Source: Macrostomum lignano
Taxonomy: Eukaryota
Direction of reading: 5' to 3'
Assembly: GCA_002269645.1 (NCBI GenBank)
Contig: NIVC01003571.1
Coordinates: 1-64,000, forward strand
DNA: 64,000 nucleotides
The translations under genes and the position numbers were made by a program. Position 1 is the first letter of the stretch. Each line of letters begins with the position of its first letter. Shown here one piece after another: positions 1 through 12,416 of the stretch. Under the pieces are notes generated by a model, which saw only the letters and a list, made by a program, of their open reading frames with translations, ran no database searches and was not told where the DNA came from.

Positions 1-168
1 ATTGCCTATTTTTGCTGAACTCTAAGCACAGACGGATATACATTCACAGGCACCGCTCACACGGGGTTACACCCTCTGTGCCTCGAGGTATCGGCACTCA
101 TTTAGCGTGAAAAGTCTTGAAATTCTTGTCCTAAAGTACATTAAGATGCTTCTACTGAACTGAAAGAC

Positions 169-473
169 GGTTGCAGCCTATGTGGTTTAGAGAGTCGGAC
201 TCACGACTGAAAGGTCGGGGGTTCGATTCTCGACCCACTAGGAACAATTTGTGTCCTTGAGTAAGAGACTTAACTCTGCATTGCTTCATTCACCCAGCTG
301 TAAAATGGGTGCCAGCATTAGCTGGGGTAATTGAGGCTGTGTGTGGCGACCCTTGGACTGAACAGCCGTACGCAGCCTTCAGATGCGCCGCGCAATGGCT
401 TGCGGCTGAGCTGTCGGTTGCACATCTGCCCAATTGGGGCAGGTGTAATCAATTATTATTAAATTATTATTAT
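169..473 (+). mobile_element. tRNA-derived SINE with CORE-like central domain, copy 1
   Basis: A-box-like TGGTTTAGAG, B box GGTTCGATTC, centre GTGTCCTTGAGTAAGAGACTTAAC...CTGTAAAATGGG, (ATT)n tail; near-identical to 8745-9044. Confidence 0.8.
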
Positions 474-609
474 GGTTAGGATCACCAGTCACATTGGGGC
501 AGTGAAATGTCGCGGACCCATCTATTTATAGTATCTGTGATGACTGTCTCTACATCGACTGCTCAGTTAGGTGTCTAACTTAAGTACTATTAATTAGCGC
601 CACCCCCCT

Positions 610-835
610 TTAGGGCCAGACCTGGGCAGTCAGATTCGAGCGCGTAGTGTTCCGATAGGCGCGCACGCACAGCCTGGGCGTGAGCGCCAGCACCGGGGCC
701 AGCAGCTGGGGCAGCCAGAACCGGGCGGTGGTCAGGCCGTGCACAATTACGTAATAGGGTTGTCCGGGTGCAGGCAGTTGGTGCAGACCAGGTTTAGCAC
801 GATGGCGAAGGCGAACCAGGCGATTAGAGGGCTAC
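610..835 (-). CDS. P4-ATPase exon 11 (TM9-TM10) with an apparent 1-nt frameshift at ~757-759
   Basis: Acceptor tacaacag|GT. As written it reads ...[12 protein letters not shown]; adding one C restores [30 protein letters not shown]...VWP* (TAA 612-610). A possible donor CAG|gtctgg at 621 means more exons could follow. Confidence 0.75.
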
Positions 836-3800
836 CTGTTGTACGAAAAGGAAAAGATGAAATGGGGATTTAAGCGATCGCCATTTTTTGGGTGCTTGAG
901 CAGCGGAACATCCAACAGATTCCTCATCATCAATCCAGAATCTTAATTGGCTGAGAAATTCAATCAATTAAATAAATTGTATTAACTCAGAGTCCCTACT
1001 ATATAAAACTCAAAATCCATATCAACTCACAATCCCTATCAACTCACAATCCCTATCAACTCATAATCCTTATCAACTCATAATCCCTATCAACTCATAA
1101 TCCCTATCAACTCATAATCCTTATCAATTCATAATGCCTATCAACTCATAATCCCTATCAACTCACAATCCCTATCAACTCACAATCCCTATCAACTCAT
1201 AATCCTTATCAACTCATAATCCCTATCAACTCATAATCCCTATCAACTCATAATCCCTATCAACTCAATCCCTATCAACTCATAATCCTTATCAATTCAT
1301 AATGCCTATCAACTCATAATCCCTATCAACTCACAATCCCTATCAACTCAATCCTATCAACTCATAATCCTTATCAACTCATAATCCCTATCAACTCAAT
1401 CCCTATCAACTCACAATCCCTATCAACTCATAACTCTACAACTCAATCCCTATCAACTCATAATCCTTATCAACTCATAATTCCTATCAACTCATAATCC
1501 CTATCAACTCACAATCCCTATCAACTCAATCCCTATCAACTTAATCTATCAACTCACAATCCCTATCAACTCATAATCCTTATCAACTCATAATCCTATC
1601 AACTCATAATCCTTATCTACTCATAATCCTTATCAACTCATACCTATCAACTCACCTATCAACTCAATCATCCTATCAACTCAATACCTATCAACTCATA
1701 ATCCTTATCTACTCATAATCCTTATCAACTCATAATCCCTATCAACTCATAATCCCTATCAACTCACAATCCCTATCAACTCAATACCTATCAACTCATA
1801 ATCCTTATCTACTCATAATCCTTATCAACTCATAATCCTTATCCACTCATAATCCTTATCAACTCAAAATCCCTATCAACTCATAATCTCTATCAACTCA
1901 TAATCCTTATCAACTCACAATCCTTATCAACTCAATACCTATCAACTCATAATCCTTATCAACTCAAAATCCCTATCAACTCATAATCTCTATCAACTCA
2001 TAATCCTTATCAACTCACAATCCTTATCAACTCAATACCTATCAACTCATAATCCTTATCAACTCATAATCCTTATCAACTCATAATCCTTATCAACTCA
2101 TAATCGCTATCAACTCATAATCCTTATCAACTCATAATCCTTATCAACTCATATTACCTAACAACTCATAATCCTTATCAACTCATATTACCTAACAACT
2201 CATAATCCCTATCAACTCATAATCCTTATCAACTCATAATCCCCATAAAAGCAGATTCTTCATCAATCTAGAATCCTAACAAACGCAGAAGCACGCCTAC
2301 CATAACCTGTATTAACTAGGCACCCATACACAAGCCCGGAAAGCTGTCAGCTACGCCAAGCGAAGCCCAACTCACCCAGCAGCGCAAACCAGTGCAGGCC
2401 GGTCCAGCCGCGCACCTCCAGCGCGTTGTGCGCCACAGCGGTGATGACCCCGGCGCTGACCACGGTGTCGCCGAAGCTCCAAATGCCGCAGTCCGTATCC
2501 ATAGCGCCGAGATAGGCAACAAAGAAGACGACAAGAGATTGCCAAACAGCGTCTAGTATGTTGAGCCAGAAATGCCAGGGCAGATAGCTGCGGCAATTCT
2601 GAGCGTCCGTGTACAGCACCGGATTAGCCATGAGAATCTCTGCGCTCAGGTGCCTGTCCAATATGCCGATAACTAGCGGGCCCAGTGACGTCATAGTTAG
2701 ATTGAAACAGATCTGGTACACCTGGCCGATGTTTACCTGTTTTTGGGACCCAGGTTGGGTTTTAAAATCTTGCTAATGTCTTCTTCTGCAACAATTCTTA
2801 TGATTTTTTCTGCAACATTGCTAATGGTTTTCTTTTGCAACATTGCTAATATCTGCTTCTGCAACAATGCTAATGTCTTCTTCTGCAACAATGCTAATGT
2901 CTTCTGCAACATTGCTAATGTCTTCTTCTGCAACAATGCTAATGACTTCCTCTGCAAGATTGCTAATATCTGCTTCTGCAACAATGCTAATGACTTCTTC
3001 TGCAACAATGCTAATGACTTTTTCTGCAAGATTGCTGATATCTGCTTCTGCAACAATGCTAATGACTTCTTCTGCAACAATGCTAATGTCTTCTTCTGCA
3101 ACAATGCTAATGAATTCTTCTGCAACAATGCTAATGAATTCTTCTGCAACATTGTTAATACCTGCTTCTGCAACATTGCTAAAATCTGAATTCTATTGCT
3201 GCTTGCAACAACTGCTTTTTCTGCTTCTGCAGCAGTTAACTTCGATATTCATTAAACATTTGTTAACTGATATTTCGAAACGTTTCAATATTTATTAAAC
3301 TAATATTATGCGAAACCGGAAAAATCAATTCACACACTCAAATAAAGCCAGCCATATTGTACCTACCTGTCCGCTAAAGCCATTGAAAAGCTGATACCAG
3401 AACAGCATCATAATATAGACGCAGTTCTTGTAGAACAGGTACAGAGACATCCTAGCCAGCCGGTCGTAGCACCAGTGCCCGTGCACTAGCAGCAGCTTCT
3501 TTAAAAAGCGAAACCTAGCCAGAGAAAAGTCGGCAGCCATGACGGCCTGCATGCCCTCCTGGCCGGAGATGCCGACGCCAATATCGGCCGTCTGGATCAT
3601 GCTGACATCGTTGGCGCCGTCGCCGATGGCCAGAGTCTGCATGCCGAGGCTCTCCTTGACCAGGCCGACCACGGCGGCCTTTTGGCTAGGCGTAGTCCGG
3701 CAGCAGAGCACGCTTGAGCACTGCTCAGCTAGCAGTAGGAAATCGCAGCTGACCAACTCGTCTAGGCAGTGGCGCAGTGCCCGGCCGTCCAGCACCAGGG

Positions 3801-6800
3801 CGACGCCGTCGCGTACAGCTGGCCGAGCCCGACGCTGCCGGATCTGATAGGCCGGCCTGTAGGCCACGTCCAGTTCGCGAAGCCAGCGGCGAACCCGGTC
3901 GCCAGCCTCGGCGGGAGAATCCGCGACCAGCGTCAACAGCTGTTGGCCTTCGGTGAGCAGGCGGCAGGCATGGCCGACCTGAGAGTGAGTGTTGAGTTTT
4001 AGTCACTCTACTGTTCGGAGTATAGGCAAACAGCAGACCTAACTCTTAGTATCACTAGCTCTCTGGGCTGGCACAATTCTGCCTAGTGATCTGCGATACC
4101 TGCAGTTTAACAATACCAATACAGTATCGATTGCAAAATTCACATTCCCACTGACTGCACTATCATTCACATCCCCTTGACTGCAGTATCATTCACATCC
4201 CCTTGACTGCAGTATCATTCACATCCCCTCTGACTGCAGTATCATTCACATCCCCTTGACTGCAGTATCATTCACATCCTCTCTGACTGCAGTATCATTC
4301 ACATCCCCTCTGACTGCAGTATCATTCAAATCCCCTCTGACTGCAGTATCATTCACATCCCCTTGACTGCAGTATCATTCACATCCTCTCTGACTGCAGT
4401 ATCATTCACATCCCCCCTGACTGCAGTATCATTCACATCCCCTCTGACTGCAGTATCATTCACATCCCCTCTGACTGCAGTATCATTCACATCCCCTCTG
4501 ACTGCAGTATCATTCACATCCCCTCTGACTGCAGTACCATTTAAACCGTTGACTGCAGCAGCTGCGAGGCGTATCCAAGAGCTGTATACAGCTTGTACAA
4601 ACAGGGCTAAGCTGACTATGTGGGGGGCAAAATTCTCAATGCCCGCCTAGACTCAAAGACTCAACATGCCCGCCCAGGCTCAAAAGACTCAATATGCCCG
4701 CCCAGGCTCAAAAGACTCAATATGCCCGCCCAGGCTCAAAAGACTCAATATGCCTGTCCAGGCTCAAAAGACTCAATATGCCTGTCCAGACTCAAAAGAC
4801 TCAATATGCCTGTCCAGACTCAAAAGACTCAATATGCCTGTCCAGACTCAAAAGACTCAATATGCCTGTCCAGACGGTCTCGCACCTGCACGGCAGTTTC
4901 CTGCTTGTCTCCGGTGAGCACCCAGACGCTGATGCCGGCCTCTCGCAGCGCGGCCACGGTGTCCGCAGCGCCCTCCTGCAGCCGGTCCTCGACGCCGGTG
5001 GCGCCCAGCAGCTCCAGACCGGCCTCTAACCGGTCGAACGCCCGTGCCATCGCGGCCTCCCGGCCCTGGATGCGCCGCTGAGCCAGGGTGTACTCGGCCA
5101 GCCAATCGGCGTACTCGGCCTCGTCCAGGTAGCGGACAGCCAGACACAGGGTGCGCAGGCCGGCCACGGAGTACTGTTCCATGTGAAGCCGGGTGAGCAG
5201 CAGCACCCGGTCAGCGTCCGAGTCCGTATCAGCCGGGTCGGACGGCCGGAGCCGGTCCAGCACAGCGCAATCGGCACCTTTAGTTAGCAGCATTGGCCGG
5301 TTGGTGGCCGGGTCCCTCACTAGCACCGACATCCGCTTCCGGTCGGCGTCGAACGGCATAACGCAGAGCAGCGGCAGGCGGACGTGACCGTCGGCTGGCA
5401 GCCAGACCAGGCAGGAGTCGGCGTCCCGCTGCACCAGCTTGCAGCCGCTGCGGCACGCGGCCCGGACCAGGGCGGCTTCGTCTGGACTCTCGGCCACGTA
5501 GGCCTTGGTCAGCTCGGCGTCCGTGTACCGACACGGCTCCGGCGTGCCAGCTGACAGCTGATCGGTCTCCAGCACCAGCGGTGTTGGCGGGGTCGGCGAC
5601 GGCGTCAACGACGGCGTCGGCGCTGCAGACGCCGCCACCGCAGCCGAGGCCGACAATTCCGACGACGCAGCCGGCGGCGCTTTTCGGCGCCAAACCTGGC
5701 GTTTCCATCGTTTGACGGCGCTGTCAACTGAAGTAGCGGAAGTGGCCGTGGAATCGGCGGCCGACTCCGAGGCCGGCTGGTCAATCGACACAACCACAGA
5801 GTTGCAGACGGCCATCACTAGGAAGAAGTCGAGCAGGCGACGTTGACGCAGCGAAGTGACTCGCCGAAGGCTGGGACCGTCCGGGGCTGCCAGGGCGTCG
5901 GCGAGCTCGGAGGTTGGCGAGCGGGTCAGCGTTGTTGGCGGCGGCGGCGGTGGAGACTGGCAGGTCTCGTCCGCACACTGCGGCTCCGGCTGGCGGTGTT
6001 GCGGTCCGGGGGAATATATTTTTATGATCACAGGGATTAGCTGCATGATTATCTCTATGATCACAGGGATTAGCTGCATGATTATCTCTATGGTCACAGG
6101 GATTAGCTACATGATTATCTCTATGGTCACAGGGATTAGCTACATGATTATCTCTATGGTCACAGGGATTAGCTACATGATTATCTCTATGGTCAAAGGG
6201 ATCAGCTGCATGATTATCTCTATGGTCACAGGGATCAGCTGCATGATTATCTCTATGGTCACAGGGATCAGCTGCATGATTATCTCTATGGTCACAGGGA
6301 TCAGCTGCATGATTATCTCTATGGTCACAGGGATCAGCTGCATGATTATCTCTATGGTCACAGGGATTAGCTACATGATTATCTCTATGGTCACAGGAAT
6401 TAGCTACATGATTATCTCTATGGTCACAGGGATCAGCTGCATGATTATCTTTATGGTTACAGGGATTAGCTACATAGCCACAAAGCCACAATGACTCACA
6501 TCAAAGTCACAGTCTCGCTTCTGATTGCCGCCGTCCAGAATCGGCTGCCTGCACTCAATGCTGGCCTGGCTGTCGGCTGGAAAAATTAAATAATTGGCGA
6601 TAAAATGTAAGTTCTAATTAAGAATAATAATTATAATCTATTATATTTCAGTGAAATGCATCAAGGAAGCAATACAACACAGTCAGATAAAGACGATTTC
6701 AGAACCACACACTCGCCACAGATGAATAATAAAAGTAGACACTGATTTTAAGGTAAATATTAAAATATAGGAGCACGACGCCGTTTCCTGCTACTGTGAG

Positions 6801-9800
6801 TAACCAAAAAAGTAAAATAACCAGAATGTAGAAAATATACCAAAATAAGAATACTAACGATTCTAAATATACCAGACGAGAAAGATAGCATCAGTGCTCT
6901 CTCTCTGTCTCAGGTGAAGGTAGCTTACTGTTAACGCTTACTGTTAATTAAAGCATACATTTATGTTTGACAACAACATAAAGTGTGCGCGCGCATGACC
7001 ACACAGGAAACCGACATTAGAAAATAGAAGTAACTATTTGTCCGCTTCAAAAGACTAGAGCGTAATTAACTGAGCTGATGAAGGGTTGAGTTTGTAAATA
7101 AAGTTTTACTGTTCAGAAGCAGGTGTCAAGAGTGCAGATTTCCTCTCACCTGTTAAAGTATTTGTACTACTTGTCTATGAATCTGCCTATCCGCTCACTC
7201 AGTCCCTGAGTCTGCCTATCCGCGCACTCAGTCCCTGAGTCTGCCTATTCGCTCACTCAATCCCTGAGTCTGCCTATCCGCTCACTCAGTCCCTGAGTCT
7301 GCCTCTCTGCTCACTCAGTAGTCCCTGAGTTTGCCTATCCGCTCACTCAGTCCCTGAGTTTGCCTATCCGCTCACTCAGTAGTCCCTGAGTCTGCCTCTC
7401 CGCTCACTCAGTCCCTGAGTCTGCCTCTCCGCTCACTCAGTAGTCCCTGAGTCTGCCTATCCGCTCACTCAGTAGTCCCTGAGTCTGCCTATCCGCTCAC
7501 TCAGTAGTCCCTGAGTCTGCCTATCCGCTCACTCAGTCCCTGAGTCTGCCTCTCTGCTCACTCAGTCCCTGAGTCTGCCTCTCTGCTCACTCAGTCCCTG
7601 AGTCTGCCTCTCTGCTCACTCAGTCCCTGAGTCTGCCTCTCTGCTCACTCAGTCCCTGAGTCTGCCTTTCTGCTCACTCAGTCCCTGAGTCTGCCAATCC
7701 GCTCACTCAGTCCCTGAGTCTGCCTATCCGCTCACTCAGTAGTCCCTGAGTCTGCCTATCCGCTCACTCAGTCCCTGAGTCTGCCAATCCGCTCACTCAG
7801 TAGTCCCTGAGTCTGCCTATCCACTCACTCAGTCCCTGAGTCTGCCTATCCGCTCACTCAGTCCCTGAGTCTGCCTCTCTGCTCACTCAGCAGTCCCTGA
7901 GTCTGCTTCTCTACTTCCCAGGCCTCTCTAATATTGAAAAAAGTCACAAGGGTACCGAAACGTAGCCTCACCACATTTAGAATAATAAAATATAACAATA
8001 TTGAAATAAGTTATAAATACCATTTGATAATAAAACGCACAGTTCTAACACTCAAAGCAAACAAAATATATAGTGGTTAAGAAATATAAAAGACAACCCA
8101 ATCCAGACTATTAACATACTTCGAGACAAGTGATTAAACTTGGTCAACTTTCTATCCGCTGGCATTTGCTGATGCGAATTACAATTTGCACGAGCGGGCG
8201 CCGCCGCTTTAGCTGCAATAGTACACACAATAGTTAATAGTAATATAATAGGGATTCTCGTACAGACACTGCACAATAATATGCGGTGTTATTTAAAAGG
8301 TAACCAATAAAACAAAACAGATCCTGGGCGAATACTAAAAAGCACACATTAACAATGCCTTGGTCATAATTAGCCAAGAATCCAACCAAAGATGCGAGTG
8401 GGTCGATCAAACAACTAATTGGCCAACCGTATATGGGAGCAGCAAAACAAAATGTCGAATCGATTCAGGGTGCCACGGAGATCAGTCAGTTATCGTGTAC
8501 TTTTATTTACTGAAACGCGACTGGTATTCACAACTACATGCATCAAGGATGGAATGTTTCGATATTTTCTCCCTGCCAACAAGTGCAAGCAGACCGTGTC
8601 CACAGGATCTGTTTGAATTCAACGTAAAATACTAACAATTATAGGGATTCTTAGAATTTCAAGACTTCTATAAAATTAAAAATTTGAGTAATCTGTAAGC
8701 AAAGTTGCAAAATTATTTTTTTCGACTGATGAAGATAGCTGTGAGGATTGTAGCCTATGTGGTTAAGAGAGTCGGACTCACGACTGAAAGGTCGGGGGTT
8801 CGATTCTCGACCCACTAGGAACAATTCGTGTCCTTAAGTAAGAGACTTAACTCTGCATTGCTTCAGTTCACCCAGCTGTAAAATGGGTGCCAGCATTAGC
8901 TGGGGTAATTGAGGCTGTGTGTGGCGACCCCCCAGTCCTTGGACTGGACAGCCGTACGCAGCCTTCAGATACGCCGCGCAAATAGCTGCGGCTGAGCTGT
9001 CGGTTGCACATCTGGCCCAATTAGGGCAGGTGAAATAAAAAAAATGACCTTGAATATACAAACACTGGGCCAGCAGTACTATGTATGTATATACTGTTCA
9101 TAGATCACTGCACAAACTCACCGGTTGGCCGAGGCGGAGTCTGGCAATATTCGTAGTCGTGGCCAAGCACGCTGCACCGTTTGAATTCCATTTTATTCTC
9201 AGTCAGGGTGCCAGTCTTATCCGTGAAAACGTATTCGATCTGGCCGAGGTCTTCCGTGATGTTCAAAGCCCGACACTCGGCCGGCATGTCCCGCTCCGGG
9301 TCGTACATGTCCAAGTCGCTGTTGATGTAGACTGTCTGGCCAAGCTTCACAAATTCAACTGTCACGTACAGAGCCAGCGGAATCATGGCCTGCAGAATCA
9401 TAATGGGATTTGGCGATGGTCTGATAGATAGTCTAGAAAAAGGCAATCACAATTATCACAAGCGGAAAAGTACAAAATTACAAAAGCGGCAATCTTAGGA
9501 TTTAAAAGCGACAAATAAAAGTACAAAAGCGGCGATCTTAGAATTCAAAGGCGATAAAAGTACAAAAGCTCAGAACTTTTCTCAGAACTCAAAAGCGACG
9601 GTCTCAGAATCCGAAATATCGACTGTAGCAAAATACCAACACCCGCAACTCACCTGCAGTATAATAATATAAGTCCAAAAGTTAATGAAAGCTTGAACAA
9701 CCGGCGTTGAACGGGTGTCGTTGCCTAGCGACAAGAAAATAACGCTCTCCGGCTTTACGAATCCGTGTAGCCAAATGCCGCTGCCTGGTAACGGTCGGGA

Positions 9801-12380
9801 TTTTAAATACCAAGATTACAAGGGAAAGGAATTTGCATAAACACTAAAAAAGAACAAAAGAAACTCACCAATAGCGCCAAACAGGCACAGCACGAACAGT
9901 ATGATAACGCACCAGATTACATCTTTGTTAATCTGGCGCTCCAATTTGCTGCGCTTGAATCTTGGCCCGCGATTGTTCATCATTGCTTTGGTCTCGCGGC
10001 CTGCGGTCGGTAGCGTTGTTTGAAGCTTATTGTAACTGAGCTTTAGCAAAATTGGAAGCTTAACTGTTGAAGAGCATGATGAGGTGGCAGACGTGCCGAC
10101 CTGAGGATCTGGGAGTGAGGCTGCTCGGCCTGAGGATCTGGGAAGGTGGCCCAGCAACTGAGGATCTGGGAAGGTGGCCCAGCAACTGAGGATCTGGGAA
10201 GGTGGCCCAGCAACTGAGGATCTGGGAAGGTGGCCCAGCAACTGAGGATCTGGGAAGGTGGCCCAGCAACTGAGGATCTGGGAAGGTGGCCCAGCAACTG
10301 AGGATCTGGGAAGGTGGCCCAGCAACTGAGGATCTGGGAAGGTGGCCCAGCAACTGAGGATCTGGGAAGGTGGCCCAGCAACTGAGGATCTGGGAAGGTG
10401 GCCCAGCAACTGAGGATCTGGGAAGGTGGCCCAGCAACTGAGGATCTGGGAAGGTGGTCCAGCAACTGAGGATCTTGGAAGGTGGCCCAGCAACTGAGGA
10501 TCTGGGAAGGTGGCCCAGCAACTGAGGATCTGGGAAGGTGGCCCAGCAACTGAGGATCTGGGAAGGTGGTCCAGCAACTGAGGATCTGGGAAGGTGGTCC
10601 AGCAACTGAGGATCTGGGAAGGTGGTCCAGCAACTGAGGATCTGGGAAGGTGGTCCAGCAACTGAGGATCTGGGAAGGTGGTCCAGCAACTGAGGATCTT
10701 GGAAGGTGGCCCAGCAACTGAGGATCTGGGAAGGTGGTCCAGCAACTGAGGATCTGGGAAGGTGGTCCAGCAACTGAGGATCTTGGAAGGTGGCCCAGCA
10801 ACTGAGGATCTGGGAAGGTGGTCCAGCAACTGAGGATCTTGGAAGGTGGCCCAGCAACTGAGGATCTGGGAGAGTGGCAGTGGCCCAGTAACTGAGGATC
10901 TGGGAGAGTGGCGGTGGCCCAGCAACTGAGGATCTGTGAGGGTGGCCCAGCAACTGAGGATCTGTGAGGGTGACGGTGGCTTAGTAACTGAGGATCTGTG
11001 AGGGTGGCCCAGCAACTGAGGATCTGTGAGGGTGGCCCAGCAACTGAGGATCTGTGAGGGTGGCTCAGTAACTGAGGATCTGTGAGGGTGGCCCAGCAAC
11101 TGAGGATCTGTGAGGGTGGCCCAGCAACTGAGGATCTGTGAGGGTGACCCAGCAACTGAGGATCTGTGAGGGTGACGGTGGCCCAGCAACTGAGGATCTG
11201 GGAGAGTGGCGGTGACCCAGCAACTGAGGATCTGTGAGGGTGACGGTGGCCCAGCAACTGAGGATCTGTGAGGGTGACAGTGGCCCAGCAACTGAGGATC
11301 TGTGAGGGTGACCCAGCAACTGAGGATCTGTGAGGGTGACGGTGGCCCAGCAACTGAGGATCTGTGAGGGTGACCCAGCAACTGAGGATCAGTGAGGGTG
11401 ACTCAGTAACTGAGGATCTGTGAGGGTGACTCAGTAACTGAGGATCTGTGAGGGTGACGGTGGCCCAGCAACTGAGGATCTGGGAGAGTGGCGGTGGCCC
11501 AGCAACTGAGGATCTGTGAGAGTAGCGGTGGCCCAGCAACTGAGGATCTGGGAGAGTGGCGGTGGCCCAGCAACTGAGGATCTGGGAGAGTGGCCCAGCA
11601 ACTGAGGATCTGTGAGGGTGACGGTGGCTCAGTAACTGAGGATCTGGGAAAGTGGCGGTGGTTTAGTCTGAGAGGATCCGGGAATGCGGCAGCGCCCCAG
11701 CTTTGAGGATTAGAGACCAGACTTAGCGTATTGCACTTTTACGTGCTCTTATATATAGTATAGAATAGTTAAATCAACTCGTAATTCCAAACAGAAGATT
11801 GCACTTTAAATACGTTATTCTATAAATTGCTGCAATACATCAAAGAAAATTTGCATACAATAAATTTTCGCATACTAATTGACCAGAAGCCAAAGGATGC
11901 ATTTTGACAGTCAAAGGCTAGTAGACTCACAGGGCTTGAAACTGACAAAGAGCAATAAAAATAAGCAGAAATACCTTTGTTAAAGAGGCTCTGTGTTGGT
12001 TTTGCTTTTACTCTTCTTCAAAATCATCACAGATTTTACCACTATCAATAGCAAGATAATAGAAACTTAAATTAAATATTTTTTATTAATGATAAATTCG
12101 CCCACCTGTCATTGATGCCTGTTGGCACTGAATGTTCTGCAGACGTTAAAACTGAATAGCAAGCTATGAAATTAACACCAGCGGAGAGGCATACAGACAG
12201 ACGGACACACAGACAGACAGGCAGGCAGACACACAGACAGACAGACAGGCAGGCAGAGACAGACAGGCAGACAGACAGACAGACAGACGGGCAGACAGAC
12301 AGACAGACAGGCAAGCAGACAGACAGACAGGCAGACAGACAGACAGACAGACAGACGGGCAGACAGACAGACAGGCAAGC

Positions 12381-12416
<36 letters not shown>

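Noticed and set aside
172-245. Possible tRNA genes here and at ~8748-8820
   Set aside because: Only A/B-box heads without a convincing acceptor stem, continuing into a shared ~200-bp body and tail; these are SINEs.
4100-4110. Alternative acceptor/donor CTGCAG|GTATCG in intron 8 as an extra exon
   Set aside because: Exon 8 splices in phase to 3978 and gives the conserved ETAVQ|VGHACRLL with nothing missing.
9816-11539. 521- and 498-aa ORFs
   Set aside because: 28-bp intronic minisatellite read through three frames; only 10000-9869 is a true exon.
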